DNA of 64,000 nucleotides from a virus (taxonomy: Duplodnaviria > Caudoviricetes), in the IMG/VR virus record IMGVR_UViG_3300043432_000484, positions 68,755 to 132,754 of that record, one strand, 5' to 3'. The position numbers and the translations under genes are program-made. This document shows positions 1 through 7,876 of this stretch, in pieces. Position 1 is the stretch's first letter; each line of letters starts with the position of its first letter. The notes beneath the pieces are model-generated. The model worked only from the letters and a program-made list of their open reading frames with translations, was not told where the DNA came from and searched no databases.

Positions 1-147
1 AATGAAAGACGACTGCTGGATACGGAGATGGATCGCATGTCCACGATATATATTACCATCTCCGGGCACGTATCCCCCAGTACGCTCAGCACGATACATC
101 AGGCCATCATCTCTCTAGACGCAGAGATCAGCGCTATCGATGACCGA

Positions 148-345
148 CTAGAGATCCGCAGATGGGTAGACTACAGAGGCTGGTGACCAGCTAGGATCCG
201 GTTCCAGCAAAGGGCCTGGACAGTACTTTCCGTCCTCTCCTTTGCGCTCCCCGGCGTGACGATGCTCACACCAGTGACAGAACGGCTCCTCCCCATTTCT
301 GGGGGTACCGCCCGGGGCCTTCACTGTTCCTGTGTTCTCCATCAC
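148..345 (-). CDS. small hypothetical protein
   Basis: 65-aa ORF overlapping the upstream HNH stop by 4 nt; CHWC motif. Confidence 0.4.
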   Translation of the reverse strand: MMENTGTVKAPGGTPRNGEEPFCHWCEHRHAGERKGEDGKYCPGPLLEPDPSWSPASVVYPSADL

Positions 346-887
346 CCGAACATCAATTCAAGGTGGGGCACATTCTGCAGCCAGTACCTCCACGATTCAG
401 GCACCGTACGGATGGGCACGGCTGGCATTTGCAGAGGCAAATGCGTCGGGCGGACTGGCTGCTTCAGCAACCTCATCTTGGCTTGCTCCGGGGTCCTGCC
501 ACCCTTCCGAGAGTTGCACGGGATGCAGGAGCTTACGACGTTGGTCCAGACCGTCTTGCCTCCCTGAGTGCGCGGGATGACGTGGTCGTAGTTCAACTGA
601 CGCCTTGGGAACTTGTTCCCGCAGTACTGGCAGGTGAACTTGTCACGTGTGAGAACGTTGACGCGGCTGAACTTGACACCCTTCTTGTTCGCGGGGATCG
701 CCGTCTTGATGCGCGCCACGGAGGGGATCTGAAACGAGACGCTCGGGCTCGACACCTTAGCGTCTGGAGACTCGTGAGACTCCAGGACCTCGATCTCGCC
801 CTCCACCAGCTTGCAGATCGCCTCCTGCCACCCAACTATGCGGTGGGGTTCCATCCAGGGCGTGAGTAGGAGTGTGTGAAATTGCAT
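342..887 (-). CDS. HNH endonuclease
   Basis: RDKFTCQYCG...DHVIPR..GG...WTNVVSSCIPCNSRK. Confidence 0.9.
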   Translation of the reverse strand: MQFHTLLLTPWMEPHRIVGWQEAICKLVEGEIEVLESHESPDAKVSSPSVSFQIPSVARIKTAIPANKKGVKFSRVNVLTRDKFTCQYCGNKFPRRQLNYDHVIPRTQGGKTVWTNVVSSCIPCNSRKGGRTPEQAKMRLLKQPVRPTHLPLQMPAVPIRTVPESWRYWLQNVPHLELMFG

Positions 888-904
888 GGCGTTCTCTCAA
901 TCAG

Positions 905-992
905 TACTCGGGGAAGGGATCGAACCTTCATGCCTCTCGGCAACAGGGCGTATACCCCATCGTGTCTACCTAGGATTTTTCACCACCCGAGC
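905..992 (-). tRNA. class II (Leu/Tyr-like) tRNA-like gene with a degenerate anticodon arm (loop GTATACG)
   Basis: acceptor GCTCGGG/CCCGAGT+A, T-arm GAAGG-TTCGATC-CCTTC, variable hairpin TGCC-GAGA-GGCA. Confidence 0.6.
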
Positions 993-1051
993 ATAGATGC
1001 AGCGTTGTAGCAGATTCCCTTTTGGCCCGCCACCACTATGGAGGGCTACCA

Positions 1052-1228
1052 ATGGATCATAAGAAAGCGCAGTGTCCAGTCTGTCACGGGGCTCGTACCC
1101 GCGTCGATCGAGACGTGGAGAAGCTCTGTTTCCTATGCAACGGGGCCGGGACTATTTCCTCCCACATCGCGCATGTGATCGAACGCCGGCTAAGGCAGCG
1201 GCGGGCATCAAAACCTAGTTCGAGCTGA
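1052..1228 (+). CDS. small zinc-finger protein (CxxCxG repeats)
   Basis: CPVCHG...CFLCNG. Confidence 0.5.
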   Translation: MDHKKAQCPVCHGARTRVDRDVEKLCFLCNGAGTISSHIAHVIERRLRQRRASKPSSS

Positions 1229-1457
1229 CCCTCCGCGCCTCCAAGAGGGCTTCCTTGCTCACTGCCTTCACCAGGCCTTGGGAGTCAAGCTTCAAGGAGG
1301 ATGAGGGCAGGAGAATCGCTCGTTTGGCGCAGCTCGCCCCCCACCCCTTGGTGAGCACAAAAATGCCCATACGATCACACGACCGCCTACCACAGCCCAG
1401 GCACACGTAAACGAGCAACGGGGAGCGCTCGTTAGACTCAAGTGTAGTCTCCATCAC
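1215..1457 (-). CDS. hypothetical protein
   Basis: 80-aa ORF with the GGTGTA motif 9 nt upstream. Confidence 0.5.
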   Translation of the reverse strand: MMETTLESNERSPLLVYVCLGCGRRSCDRMGIFVLTKGWGASCAKRAILLPSSSLKLDSQGLVKAVSKEALLEARRVSSN

Positions 1458-1487
1458 TCTAGGAGGTACACCAGAAGATTCGTGAGC

Positions 1488-2114
1488 TTACGGTAAAATC
1501 GACAAAGTCAGGATTTGTTCGTGCACGTCCAGGGTGCGAACCTGCAGGGCTTCCCGATTGTTGTCGTTGAAGATCACGTAATCAGCCACGTCCAGCTTCT
1601 TGGCCAACGGGTACTGGGAGGCGATCCGGCTGCGCGCTTCCTCCTCGGTGATCCCGTTGCGCTTCATGACTCGCGTGGTTTGCAGATCGGGGCTCGCGGC
1701 CACCACGATCAGCTTGTCCATCCCAGCATACAACCCCAACTCAACCAGCAGGGCCGCTTCGTAGAGGATGTATGGGGTAGTGGTATTGCGAGCCTCCTGG
1801 ACGCGCTCCTCATAGAGCTGCCGGATTCGAGGGTGCGTGATGGCTTCCAGGGCCTTGCGCGCCGACGGCTCACGAAAGACCAGCGCCCCCAGCTTGGCCC
1901 GATCCAAGATGCCTTCGGGGGTAAGGTACTCGGACCCAAATAGCCCAACCAGCTCCGCCAAACCAGAGGTCCCTGGAGCCACGGCATCCCGAGATAGCTG
2001 ATCAGCGTCGATTACCGTCACCCCCAAGGAGGTGAAAATCTTGGCGGTGGCGCTCTTACCTGACGCTATACCTCCGGTGAGCCCAATAACTAGTTTGTGG
2101 GATTGGTTAGACAT
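1488..2114 (-). CDS. coaE: dephospho-CoA kinase
   Basis: IGLTGGIASGKS P-loop, IDAD, LDRAKLG, LEAITHPRI. Confidence 0.95.
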   Translation of the reverse strand: MSNQSHKLVIGLTGGIASGKSATAKIFTSLGVTVIDADQLSRDAVAPGTSGLAELVGLFGSEYLTPEGILDRAKLGALVFREPSARKALEAITHPRIRQLYEERVQEARNTTTPYILYEAALLVELGLYAGMDKLIVVAASPDLQTTRVMKRNGITEEEARSRIASQYPLAKKLDVADYVIFNDNNREALQVRTLDVHEQILTLSILP

Positions 2115-2925
2115 GAATACCTACATTTACGCCATACTGTACAATGGTTTGCCGGTTTATGTCGGGAAGACCAAGCAAAAGATACACCGTAGACTGGTAA
2201 CCCACTGGAGCGACGCAAAGCGAGGAAAAACCCACACGCCCTTTGGGAGATGGCTAGAAAAGCAAACAGTCAAGCCCGAAATCATTTCCTTAGAGGAAGT
2301 GCTGGATGTCTCTGAGTGGCAAGAGCGCGAAAGATTTTGGATCAAGAGCCTCACTAAACAAGGGCTCAAGCTATTCAATACTCACCCAGGAGGTAATGGA
2401 AGCCACACTATTAGTCACCGCTTTCCTGCAGAAGCTATTGAGTTGTTAGGTAAAATTTCAGATTCCAGAATCGCGGAAATGATCGGGCTCACTCGTGAAG
2501 CGGTCCGATATCACCGTACGCAACTTGGGGTTGTTGCCTCGGATGACAGATCCAGAATCAAACCACCAGCACCAAGGCCCAAAGGGTACCGTCACGTCAA
2601 ACGGGTGGAGCTTCCTGAGGAAGCTGTGAAACTTTTGGGGAGAATCAGTGATCAAAAGATAGCAGAGCAATTCGGGCTAAGTCGGCACATTGTCAAGACG
2701 CGCAGAAACGAAATGGGAATCCCAAGGGCGTCAGCCATACACGGGAGCGCCCATCATTCCTCAAAGCTAAGTGCAGAAGCCATTCTAGATATCCAAGCTA
2801 ACTACATCAAGGGTTCGGCGGGACATAGATCCAGCAACAGTCTAGGGCACTTTGCCAGGAAATACTCAGTCCACCCCACTTCCGTTTGGACCGTCGTCAG
2901 GAGCTACTTGGAGTCCAAAGAGTAA
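2113..2925 (+). CDS. GIY-YIG homing endonuclease with repeated DNA-binding modules
   Basis: YIY...YVGKT, W.ERERFWI, FN; repeated LLG.ISD..IAE. Confidence 0.8.
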   Translation: MNTYIYAILYNGLPVYVGKTKQKIHRRLVTHWSDAKRGKTHTPFGRWLEKQTVKPEIISLEEVLDVSEWQERERFWIKSLTKQGLKLFNTHPGGNGSHTISHRFPAEAIELLGKISDSRIAEMIGLTREAVRYHRTQLGVVASDDRSRIKPPAPRPKGYRHVKRVELPEEAVKLLGRISDQKIAEQFGLSRHIVKTRRNEMGIPRASAIHGSAHHSSKLSAEAILDIQANYIKGSAGHRSSNSLGHFARKYSVHPTSVWTVVRSYLESKE

Positions 2926-3272
2926 AATTGCTGTACGCATAATGCAGCAATCACCGATGTCTTGACCCTGACCCTTTTGTTTCTGGGTAACTTCTCCCCG
3001 GTCATCTTGGTGCAGATGGCTAGCTTGAGGATGGCTATGTCCAGCTCAGCCATGTTTGAGAACTTAAGAGCCGCGGGGAGAGGCTGCTCATTATATACAG
3101 CAAGGAGGAAATCCGAGATGGTAGCTAACTCATTGTTTCGACTGGCATCAAGCCACTCCTGGATTGCCGAATGGTGCAAGGTTCCCTGGGTGTGCTTCCA
3201 GGCGTCATCATCTGCGGCAGCCAGACTGGGCAACAGTAGGGACAAAATAATGATGGAAATCAGCTTCTTCAT
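2904..3272 (-). CDS. secreted hypothetical protein
   Basis: signal-peptide-like N-terminus MKKLISIIILSLLLPSLAAA. Confidence 0.55.
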   Translation of the reverse strand: MKKLISIIILSLLLPSLAAADDDAWKHTQGTLHHSAIQEWLDASRNNELATISDFLLAVYNEQPLPAALKFSNMAELDIAILKLAICTKMTGEKLPRNKRVRVKTSVIAALCVQQFYSLDSK

Positions 3273-3274
3273 CG

Positions 3275-3724
3275 CTACCCTTTTGGTTCTGACTTTTGGG
3301 CGAGCAGTTCGATCAGGTGATCGATGCGCCGGTTCTGAGAGTCTAGCATCCTTCGTAGTTCCTGCACGTCCAGTTCGGTTTTGGCACTCACGAAGTAGGA
3401 GCTTTTGGACACATACCGGTCTTTGTAGGACTCACGATTCTGCGCCATCATGATCATGGGGGCAGTGTAGGCGGCCTGCAAAGACAGGAACAAATTCATC
3501 AAGATGAATGGGTAAGGATCCCAATGTGGCCCCCACGGCAACGCGTTGAATACCAGCCACCCGAGCAGGAACAAAGATTGGGCGATGATGAAGCGCCAAG
3601 AGCCCACCACATGGGCGACCTTCTCGGCGGCGCGCTGACCAAAAGAGGGGGTTTCGTAGCCCGGCACCCTGAGCGAGGGTAGACTGCTGGGTAGGTGAGG
3701 TGCGGACTCGGGATCAATCTCCAT
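3275..3724 (-). CDS. DUF1003 family membrane protein
   Basis: VGSWRFI...DPYPFILMNLFLSLQAAYTAPMIMMAQNR. Confidence 0.9.
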   Translation of the reverse strand: MEIDPESAPHLPSSLPSLRVPGYETPSFGQRAAEKVAHVVGSWRFIIAQSLFLLGWLVFNALPWGPHWDPYPFILMNLFLSLQAAYTAPMIMMAQNRESYKDRYVSKSSYFVSAKTELDVQELRRMLDSQNRRIDHLIELLAQKSEPKG

Positions 3725-3766
3725 GATGGCCTCCTACAAAGGCTCACCATAGGTGCGCTATTCTTG

Positions 3767-3847
3767 CGTTCCCGGCTGGACTCGAACCAGCATTTGTCTT
3801 TCGACCCGGCTTAGGAAGCCGACGCCCATCCTTTGGACCACGGGAAC
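3767..3847 (-). tRNA. tRNA-Arg(CCT) with an enlarged variable arm
   Basis: full cloverleaf; loop TT-CCT-AA; variable hairpin GTC-GAAA-GAC. Confidence 0.85.
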
Positions 3848-3852
3848 AGAAC

Positions 3853-4026
3853 TCAGTCGGGTACCACCCTTATAAGGGCCGGCACACATACTTTCGTGGA
3901 CTCGCCACCGTTCACCGACTCCAACTCCTTGTAGACCCCGCCGCGGGCTTCACAGGACGTGGATGGCTGGAGTGCCAGAGCGGTAAGCCCCGTGACGATC
4001 AAGGCGATTACAATCAAGAGCTTCAT
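3853..4026 (-). CDS. small secreted/membrane protein (57 aa)
   Basis: translated by hand: MKLLIVIALIVTGLTALALQ...; start overlaps the E1 stop. Confidence 0.5.
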   Translation of the reverse strand: MKLLIVIALIVTGLTALALQPSTSCEARGGVYKELESVNGGESTKVCVPALIRVVPD

Positions 4027-4598
4027 CATGTTCTCATCACTCCGCCCGGGTGGATTGCGTAGTCAAGCTTCTTGCCCCGGAGCAAGAAATCCTGTGCCGC
4101 CTTGGCGATCATGGACGACGCCACAGCGATGAACGGAAGGTGCTCTCCTCCCTCGCACGTGGCTTGCCCGGCCACGTTCTCTGAGTCGATCACGAAGTTT
4201 TCGTCCCAGACCACCCGCCCATATGATCCATCTGCAGCCAAGGCCCCATGCAAGCACGGAGTCTTGGTGTGCCGCGCAAACGCCTGGACGACCTCCCGGG
4301 CCGGCGCGTTGTCGAGGCAATCCAGAAGCAGGTCAGCCCCCGAAAGGAGCTGGGTAGCATTGTCCGTGGTCAGCCGGTGAGGCACCGCCGTAGGCTTGAG
4401 CCCGAACAAGAACCCCATCGACTGCTGCAGCGACTGGGCCTTGTTCTTGCCCACCCCGGGCTTGCTGTGGAACTGGGCGAGCACGTTCTTTTGCTCAATT
4501 CGATCCATGTCGATGAGCTTGAGGTCGGCCTCATTCCTAAGAAACAAAGCCACATGCGAGCCCAGAGCCCCTACGCCTATGATGGTGACCTTTTTCAT
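4026..4598 (-). CDS. ThiF/MoeB-family E1-like adenylyltransferase
   Basis: IIGVGALGS, IDMDRIEQKN..Q, GKNKA, DCLDN...R, candidate catalytic Cys in ATCE. Confidence 0.9.
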   Translation of the reverse strand: MKKVTIIGVGALGSHVALFLRNEADLKLIDMDRIEQKNVLAQFHSKPGVGKNKAQSLQQSMGFLFGLKPTAVPHRLTTDNATQLLSGADLLLDCLDNAPAREVVQAFARHTKTPCLHGALAADGSYGRVVWDENFVIDSENVAGQATCEGGEHLPFIAVASSMIAKAAQDFLLRGKKLDYAIHPGGVMRT

Positions 4599-4756
4599 GT
4601 TCCCGAACCCGTCTCCTCCTTCTTATCACAGTTTGGACAGAGAGGGGGAGGATTCCACTCATCATTGGAAGCCGTCTCGCATTCAACCACCGCGCCACAG
4701 CGCTTGCACTTGTAGCGCAGCAGTTGAACCCAGTGCTTCCAACCGGTGAAGTACAT
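4595..4756 (-). CDS. 53-aa zinc-ribbon protein (not in the ORF track)
   Basis: translated by hand: MYFTGWKHWVQLLRYKCKRCG...CPNCDKKEETGSGT; TGATG and ATGA overlaps on both sides. Confidence 0.7.
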   Translation of the reverse strand: MYFTGWKHWVQLLRYKCKRCGAVVECETASNDEWNPPPLCPNCDKKEETGSGT

Positions 4757-5010
4757 CAGCCGTCCAGCTGGCCGCCGAATGGCGTCTTGGGGCGCACCGC
4801 GACACGGTTCGGGAGGTCATCCTTTGCCGGGAAGCGATCGACCACGTAATCCGAGAAGTCAGCCGTCTGGGCATCGATACCCGGGACGTTGCCGTTGAGC
4901 ACTGCCTCCGCGGCCCAACGCTTGATCTCAGCATCGGTAGCGTCGAATGGGATCGGGTCGGTCAAGTCCCCGTTGGACCCCGCGAATGTGACGTTCAGGT
5001 TTGCTTCCAT
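4756..5010 (-). CDS. ubiquitin-like (beta-grasp) protein with C-terminal GG plus a short extension
   Basis: 84 aa ending RPKTPFGG-QLDG; lies between JAB and E1 genes. Confidence 0.75.
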   Translation of the reverse strand: MEANLNVTFAGSNGDLTDPIPFDATDAEIKRWAAEAVLNGNVPGIDAQTADFSDYVVDRFPAKDDLPNRVAVRPKTPFGGQLDG

Positions 5011-5465
5011 GTCTCTTCTCCTTGATTGTCAGAACCCTCAGGCTCTGCGATTGCCTCTACGCTGGACTGCCAACGTCGAACCATGTGATGGTTGTAGTAG
5101 GACTTGCCCCGCAGCTCTCCCATCCACGTGGGCTCATATAGCGCAGGACCCTTGGCGTAGTCAAGCTTCCCTGGCCCAACCCAGCACAGTTCGATGAACT
5201 GATCCTCGCTCGTGATCCACCAGACCAACCGGCGGCCCAATCCAGACTCGACGGCCGCGAAAGTGGTCAGGTCCGTGTCCGAAGGGCCGGGCTCTCCTGA
5301 CCCCGGATGACTATGAGCAAAGCCCAGAATGTTGGCGCGGTTCTCCCAGATGACTTCCCAAAGCTCTCGGGAGTCAGGGAGCGCACCACCACTGCGATCC
5401 ACCGGCAGATGCCAGTAGATCGGCTCGCAGCCCATTCCAACCAAAACTCCAGCTTCAATGCTCAT
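4995..5465 (-). CDS. JAB/MPN+ metallopeptidase
   Basis: N-terminal E plus HSHP-x7-S-x2-D (GFAHSHPGSGEPGPSDTD). Confidence 0.9.
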   Translation of the reverse strand: MSIEAGVLVGMGCEPIYWHLPVDRSGGALPDSRELWEVIWENRANILGFAHSHPGSGEPGPSDTDLTTFAAVESGLGRRLVWWITSEDQFIELCWVGPGKLDYAKGPALYEPTWMGELRGKSYYNHHMVRRWQSSVEAIAEPEGSDNQGEETWKQT

Positions 5466-5698
5466 GGCGTTTCTTCTTCCCTAACCGGATACCGATCACC
5501 GAAGATCTTGATACACAGTTGCCCAATCTCTTCGTAGGTCAAATCTCCTGCATTGGTTTTGAGGATAGCCCCCATCACATCTTCGCGTTCGTGAATAGCT
5601 AAGCGATACAGAGCCTCAGAAAGGGACTTACGCTCCTTCTCGGTGAGCTGCTTCGCACGCTCGGCCTCGAAAGCTTCATGCATACCTGGGTGGCTCAT
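5462..5698 (-). CDS. hypothetical protein
   Basis: 78 aa, 4-nt overlaps with neighbours. Confidence 0.55.
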   Translation of the reverse strand: MSHPGMHEAFEAERAKQLTEKERKSLSEALYRLAIHEREDVMGAILKTNAGDLTYEEIGQLCIKIFGDRYPVREEETP

Positions 5699-5994
5699 GG
5701 TTCCTCCAACTCGCTGATGACATCCGACAGATCCAACCCAAAGCGTTCTCCAGTTCTCCGCAGATCCTCAGCAAATCGTGCTTTGGAATGCAAATTGCCC
5801 CATTGATCGCTGTACCAACCGGGATGAGCGTTGTCCGCTGGAGCCGAACCCTCGGAACGATCGTAATCTGAGTCCTCGGACCACCCGCAGCTGGGGCACC
5901 CCCACGGGCCATAGATGATCCCCACCCCGACATCCACGGAGTCCTGTGTGCAATGATCATTGCACTTGGGGCAGTTCAATCTGCCCTCACGCAA
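5695..5994 (-). CDS. zinc-ribbon hypothetical protein
   Basis: CPKC...CPSC. Confidence 0.6.
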   Translation of the reverse strand: MREGRLNCPKCNDHCTQDSVDVGVGIIYGPWGCPSCGWSEDSDYDRSEGSAPADNAHPGWYSDQWGNLHSKARFAEDLRRTGERFGLDLSDVISELEEP

Positions 5995-6200
5995 TGGAAG
6001 AGAACGTCCCGGTCCTCTTCATGAGTGACGAAGCGTCCGTGGCAATGCTCCGCCATCAGTTCCCGGGCCTCTTCCATGGCCGGGACGTATGCCCCGGACA
6101 GGTGAACCAAACCCCCAAAAGAATCGGTTCGAACGGGGCTGGCTCCGGAGCTGCACGCCCCAAGGACTAGGGCCAAAATGAGTGCTGTGATGGTTTTCAT
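5976..6200 (-). CDS. small lipoprotein
   Basis: MKTITALILALVLGAC lipobox. Confidence 0.55.
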   Translation of the reverse strand: MKTITALILALVLGACSSGASPVRTDSFGGLVHLSGAYVPAMEEARELMAEHCHGRFVTHEEDRDVLFHCVRAD

Positions 6201-6210
6201 AGGTAGCTCC

Positions 6211-7173
6211 TCAATCCACGTGCCTGTACACAACCAACTTCCCATCGCGATCGGCTTCCATGATCACCGAGGGCAGGCTTTCCAGAGTGAACCACGTGTC
6301 CCCTTTGGTGCCATACGCGAAATCGTCATCATCCCCGTGTGCGGAGAGGCAGATCCCAGAATCGATGATCCTTAGCGTGTTCTTGTCACACGTGCACTCG
6401 AAACGGCGACGCAGGACCCGGAATCTCACCACCATCTCGTTCCCGCGATGAGCGGCCCGATGATCCAGGTACTCAGCACCCCCTAGCGCCAACGCGGCGC
6501 GAGCTGCCGCTTCAAAGTCCACAGCGGCAATGGCGCGACGCCCGGCGCCGTCACCTAGGCGACCCATCATTTCTCGGCGAAGCTCTTCCTTGCGGCGTGC
6601 TTCCTCCTCCAAGCGCAGCTGTTCGGTTAGCTCCGCTCGGCGACGATCCGCTTCGATCCTCTGCCAGCGCGCCATCCGGAATGCAGCGTCCAATGCTGGG
6701 ACCACACCCTTTACGTGACGAACAGAATCCAGCGCGTCCAAATAGGCCGTCAGTACCCCATCCTCGGCCCCCAGAGGCATCTCCTGCTGGATAAACACCA
6801 AGGACCCATCCTCACTGCAACGCCCGGCTGAAACCAGCACAAAGCGATCCAGCCCCGGATCAATCAGATTCACGCGCTCCGACTGAAACGCAATCTTGAT
6901 CGGGTCCGGGTTCACGTCCACATCGCTCGCAATGATGCGATCCCCTACCAGGTAGCCCACCATCTTGTGGCGCAGGTTGGCTGGCTCCGGATCGCTGGCT
7001 TCCAGATATCGTGCCTTGCGGCCGTCAAGAGTGAACTTGGCCCAACCGTGCTCCGCCGGAAGGGGTCCTTCGAGCGTCCACCCTCTGGGACCAGATCGAA
7101 GAGACCTACCTCCAAGCCACGGCAGCACGATCGTGCTGGGCTCACGGTTCTGAAGTAGGCCTCTCCAATCCAT
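6211..7173 (-). CDS. unknown 320-aa protein in the Ubl operon
   Basis: AGGAG RBS before MDWRG; central coiled coil; C-terminal CTC...DSGICL. Confidence 0.75.
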   Translation of the reverse strand: MDWRGLLQNREPSTIVLPWLGGRSLRSGPRGWTLEGPLPAEHGWAKFTLDGRKARYLEASDPEPANLRHKMVGYLVGDRIIASDVDVNPDPIKIAFQSERVNLIDPGLDRFVLVSAGRCSEDGSLVFIQQEMPLGAEDGVLTAYLDALDSVRHVKGVVPALDAAFRMARWQRIEADRRRAELTEQLRLEEEARRKEELRREMMGRLGDGAGRRAIAAVDFEAAARAALALGGAEYLDHRAAHRGNEMVVRFRVLRRRFECTCDKNTLRIIDSGICLSAHGDDDDFAYGTKGDTWFTLESLPSVIMEADRDGKLVVYRHVD

Positions 7174-7876
7174 TGTCGCTCCTGTCCAAACGCTCAAGCC
7201 TAGCATGCCATGATTCAAGAGTCTCGCGTGGCAAACGTCTACGAGCCATCTTCAGTCGAACTTCAGCACTAATCCCAGCCTTTTGCCGTTTGATTCTCTC
7301 TTCTCGCTCTTCCTCAGAATATTTAGACCATGCAGCTTTCAACGCCACTCTAGTCTTCTCCCTAATCTCTGGGTCTGAATGCTGAATCAAGGCCCTGGCC
7401 TTGCGACGTTCTCTCTCCACTGTAGAGTTGAAAGCAATCTTCGTAGCCCTCTTGTGTCGGGCCTTCACATCAGGTTTAGCCATAGCAGTTTTGACACTGG
7501 AACTGTTTCTGGCCTTCACCTCAGGCCGATTCTGAGCAACTACCCCAGAATTAGATATCTTGCGCTTAGTGTCTTCCGATGGCCGTCCAGCAGCGCCCCC
7601 ACTTTTCAAGTTGTAGCCCACAGGGAACAAAGAGGTTGCCACCCATCGTATCTCCAAAGAGTCCAGCTCCTCTTTGGAAGAAGCCCCTTCCACAACCTCG
7701 AACTGGAAGTTGTCTTTCCCGTACTTGGCTATGGCATTACGCAATGCGTGACAATGACTATCCGAACGAAAATGGTGAACCCACCTCTCCGATGGGTTCA
7801 CCGTCTGCCCGTGATATAATTTGTCATTCACAAGGCATCGTATTCTGTACACAATTCCGTAAGTCACACCGCCCAA
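7142..7876 (-). CDS. GIY-YIG homing endonuclease with NUMOD3-like repeats
   Basis: GIVY...YHGQT, AIAKYG.DNF, GYNL..GG; lower GC than its neighbours. Confidence 0.85.
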   Translation of the reverse strand: MGGVTYGIVYRIRCLVNDKLYHGQTVNPSERWVHHFRSDSHCHALRNAIAKYGKDNFQFEVVEGASSKEELDSLEIRWVATSLFPVGYNLKSGGAAGRPSEDTKRKISNSGVVAQNRPEVKARNSSSVKTAMAKPDVKARHKRATKIAFNSTVERERRKARALIQHSDPEIREKTRVALKAAWSKYSEEEREERIKRQKAGISAEVRLKMARRRLPRETLESWHARLERLDRSDNGLERPTSEP

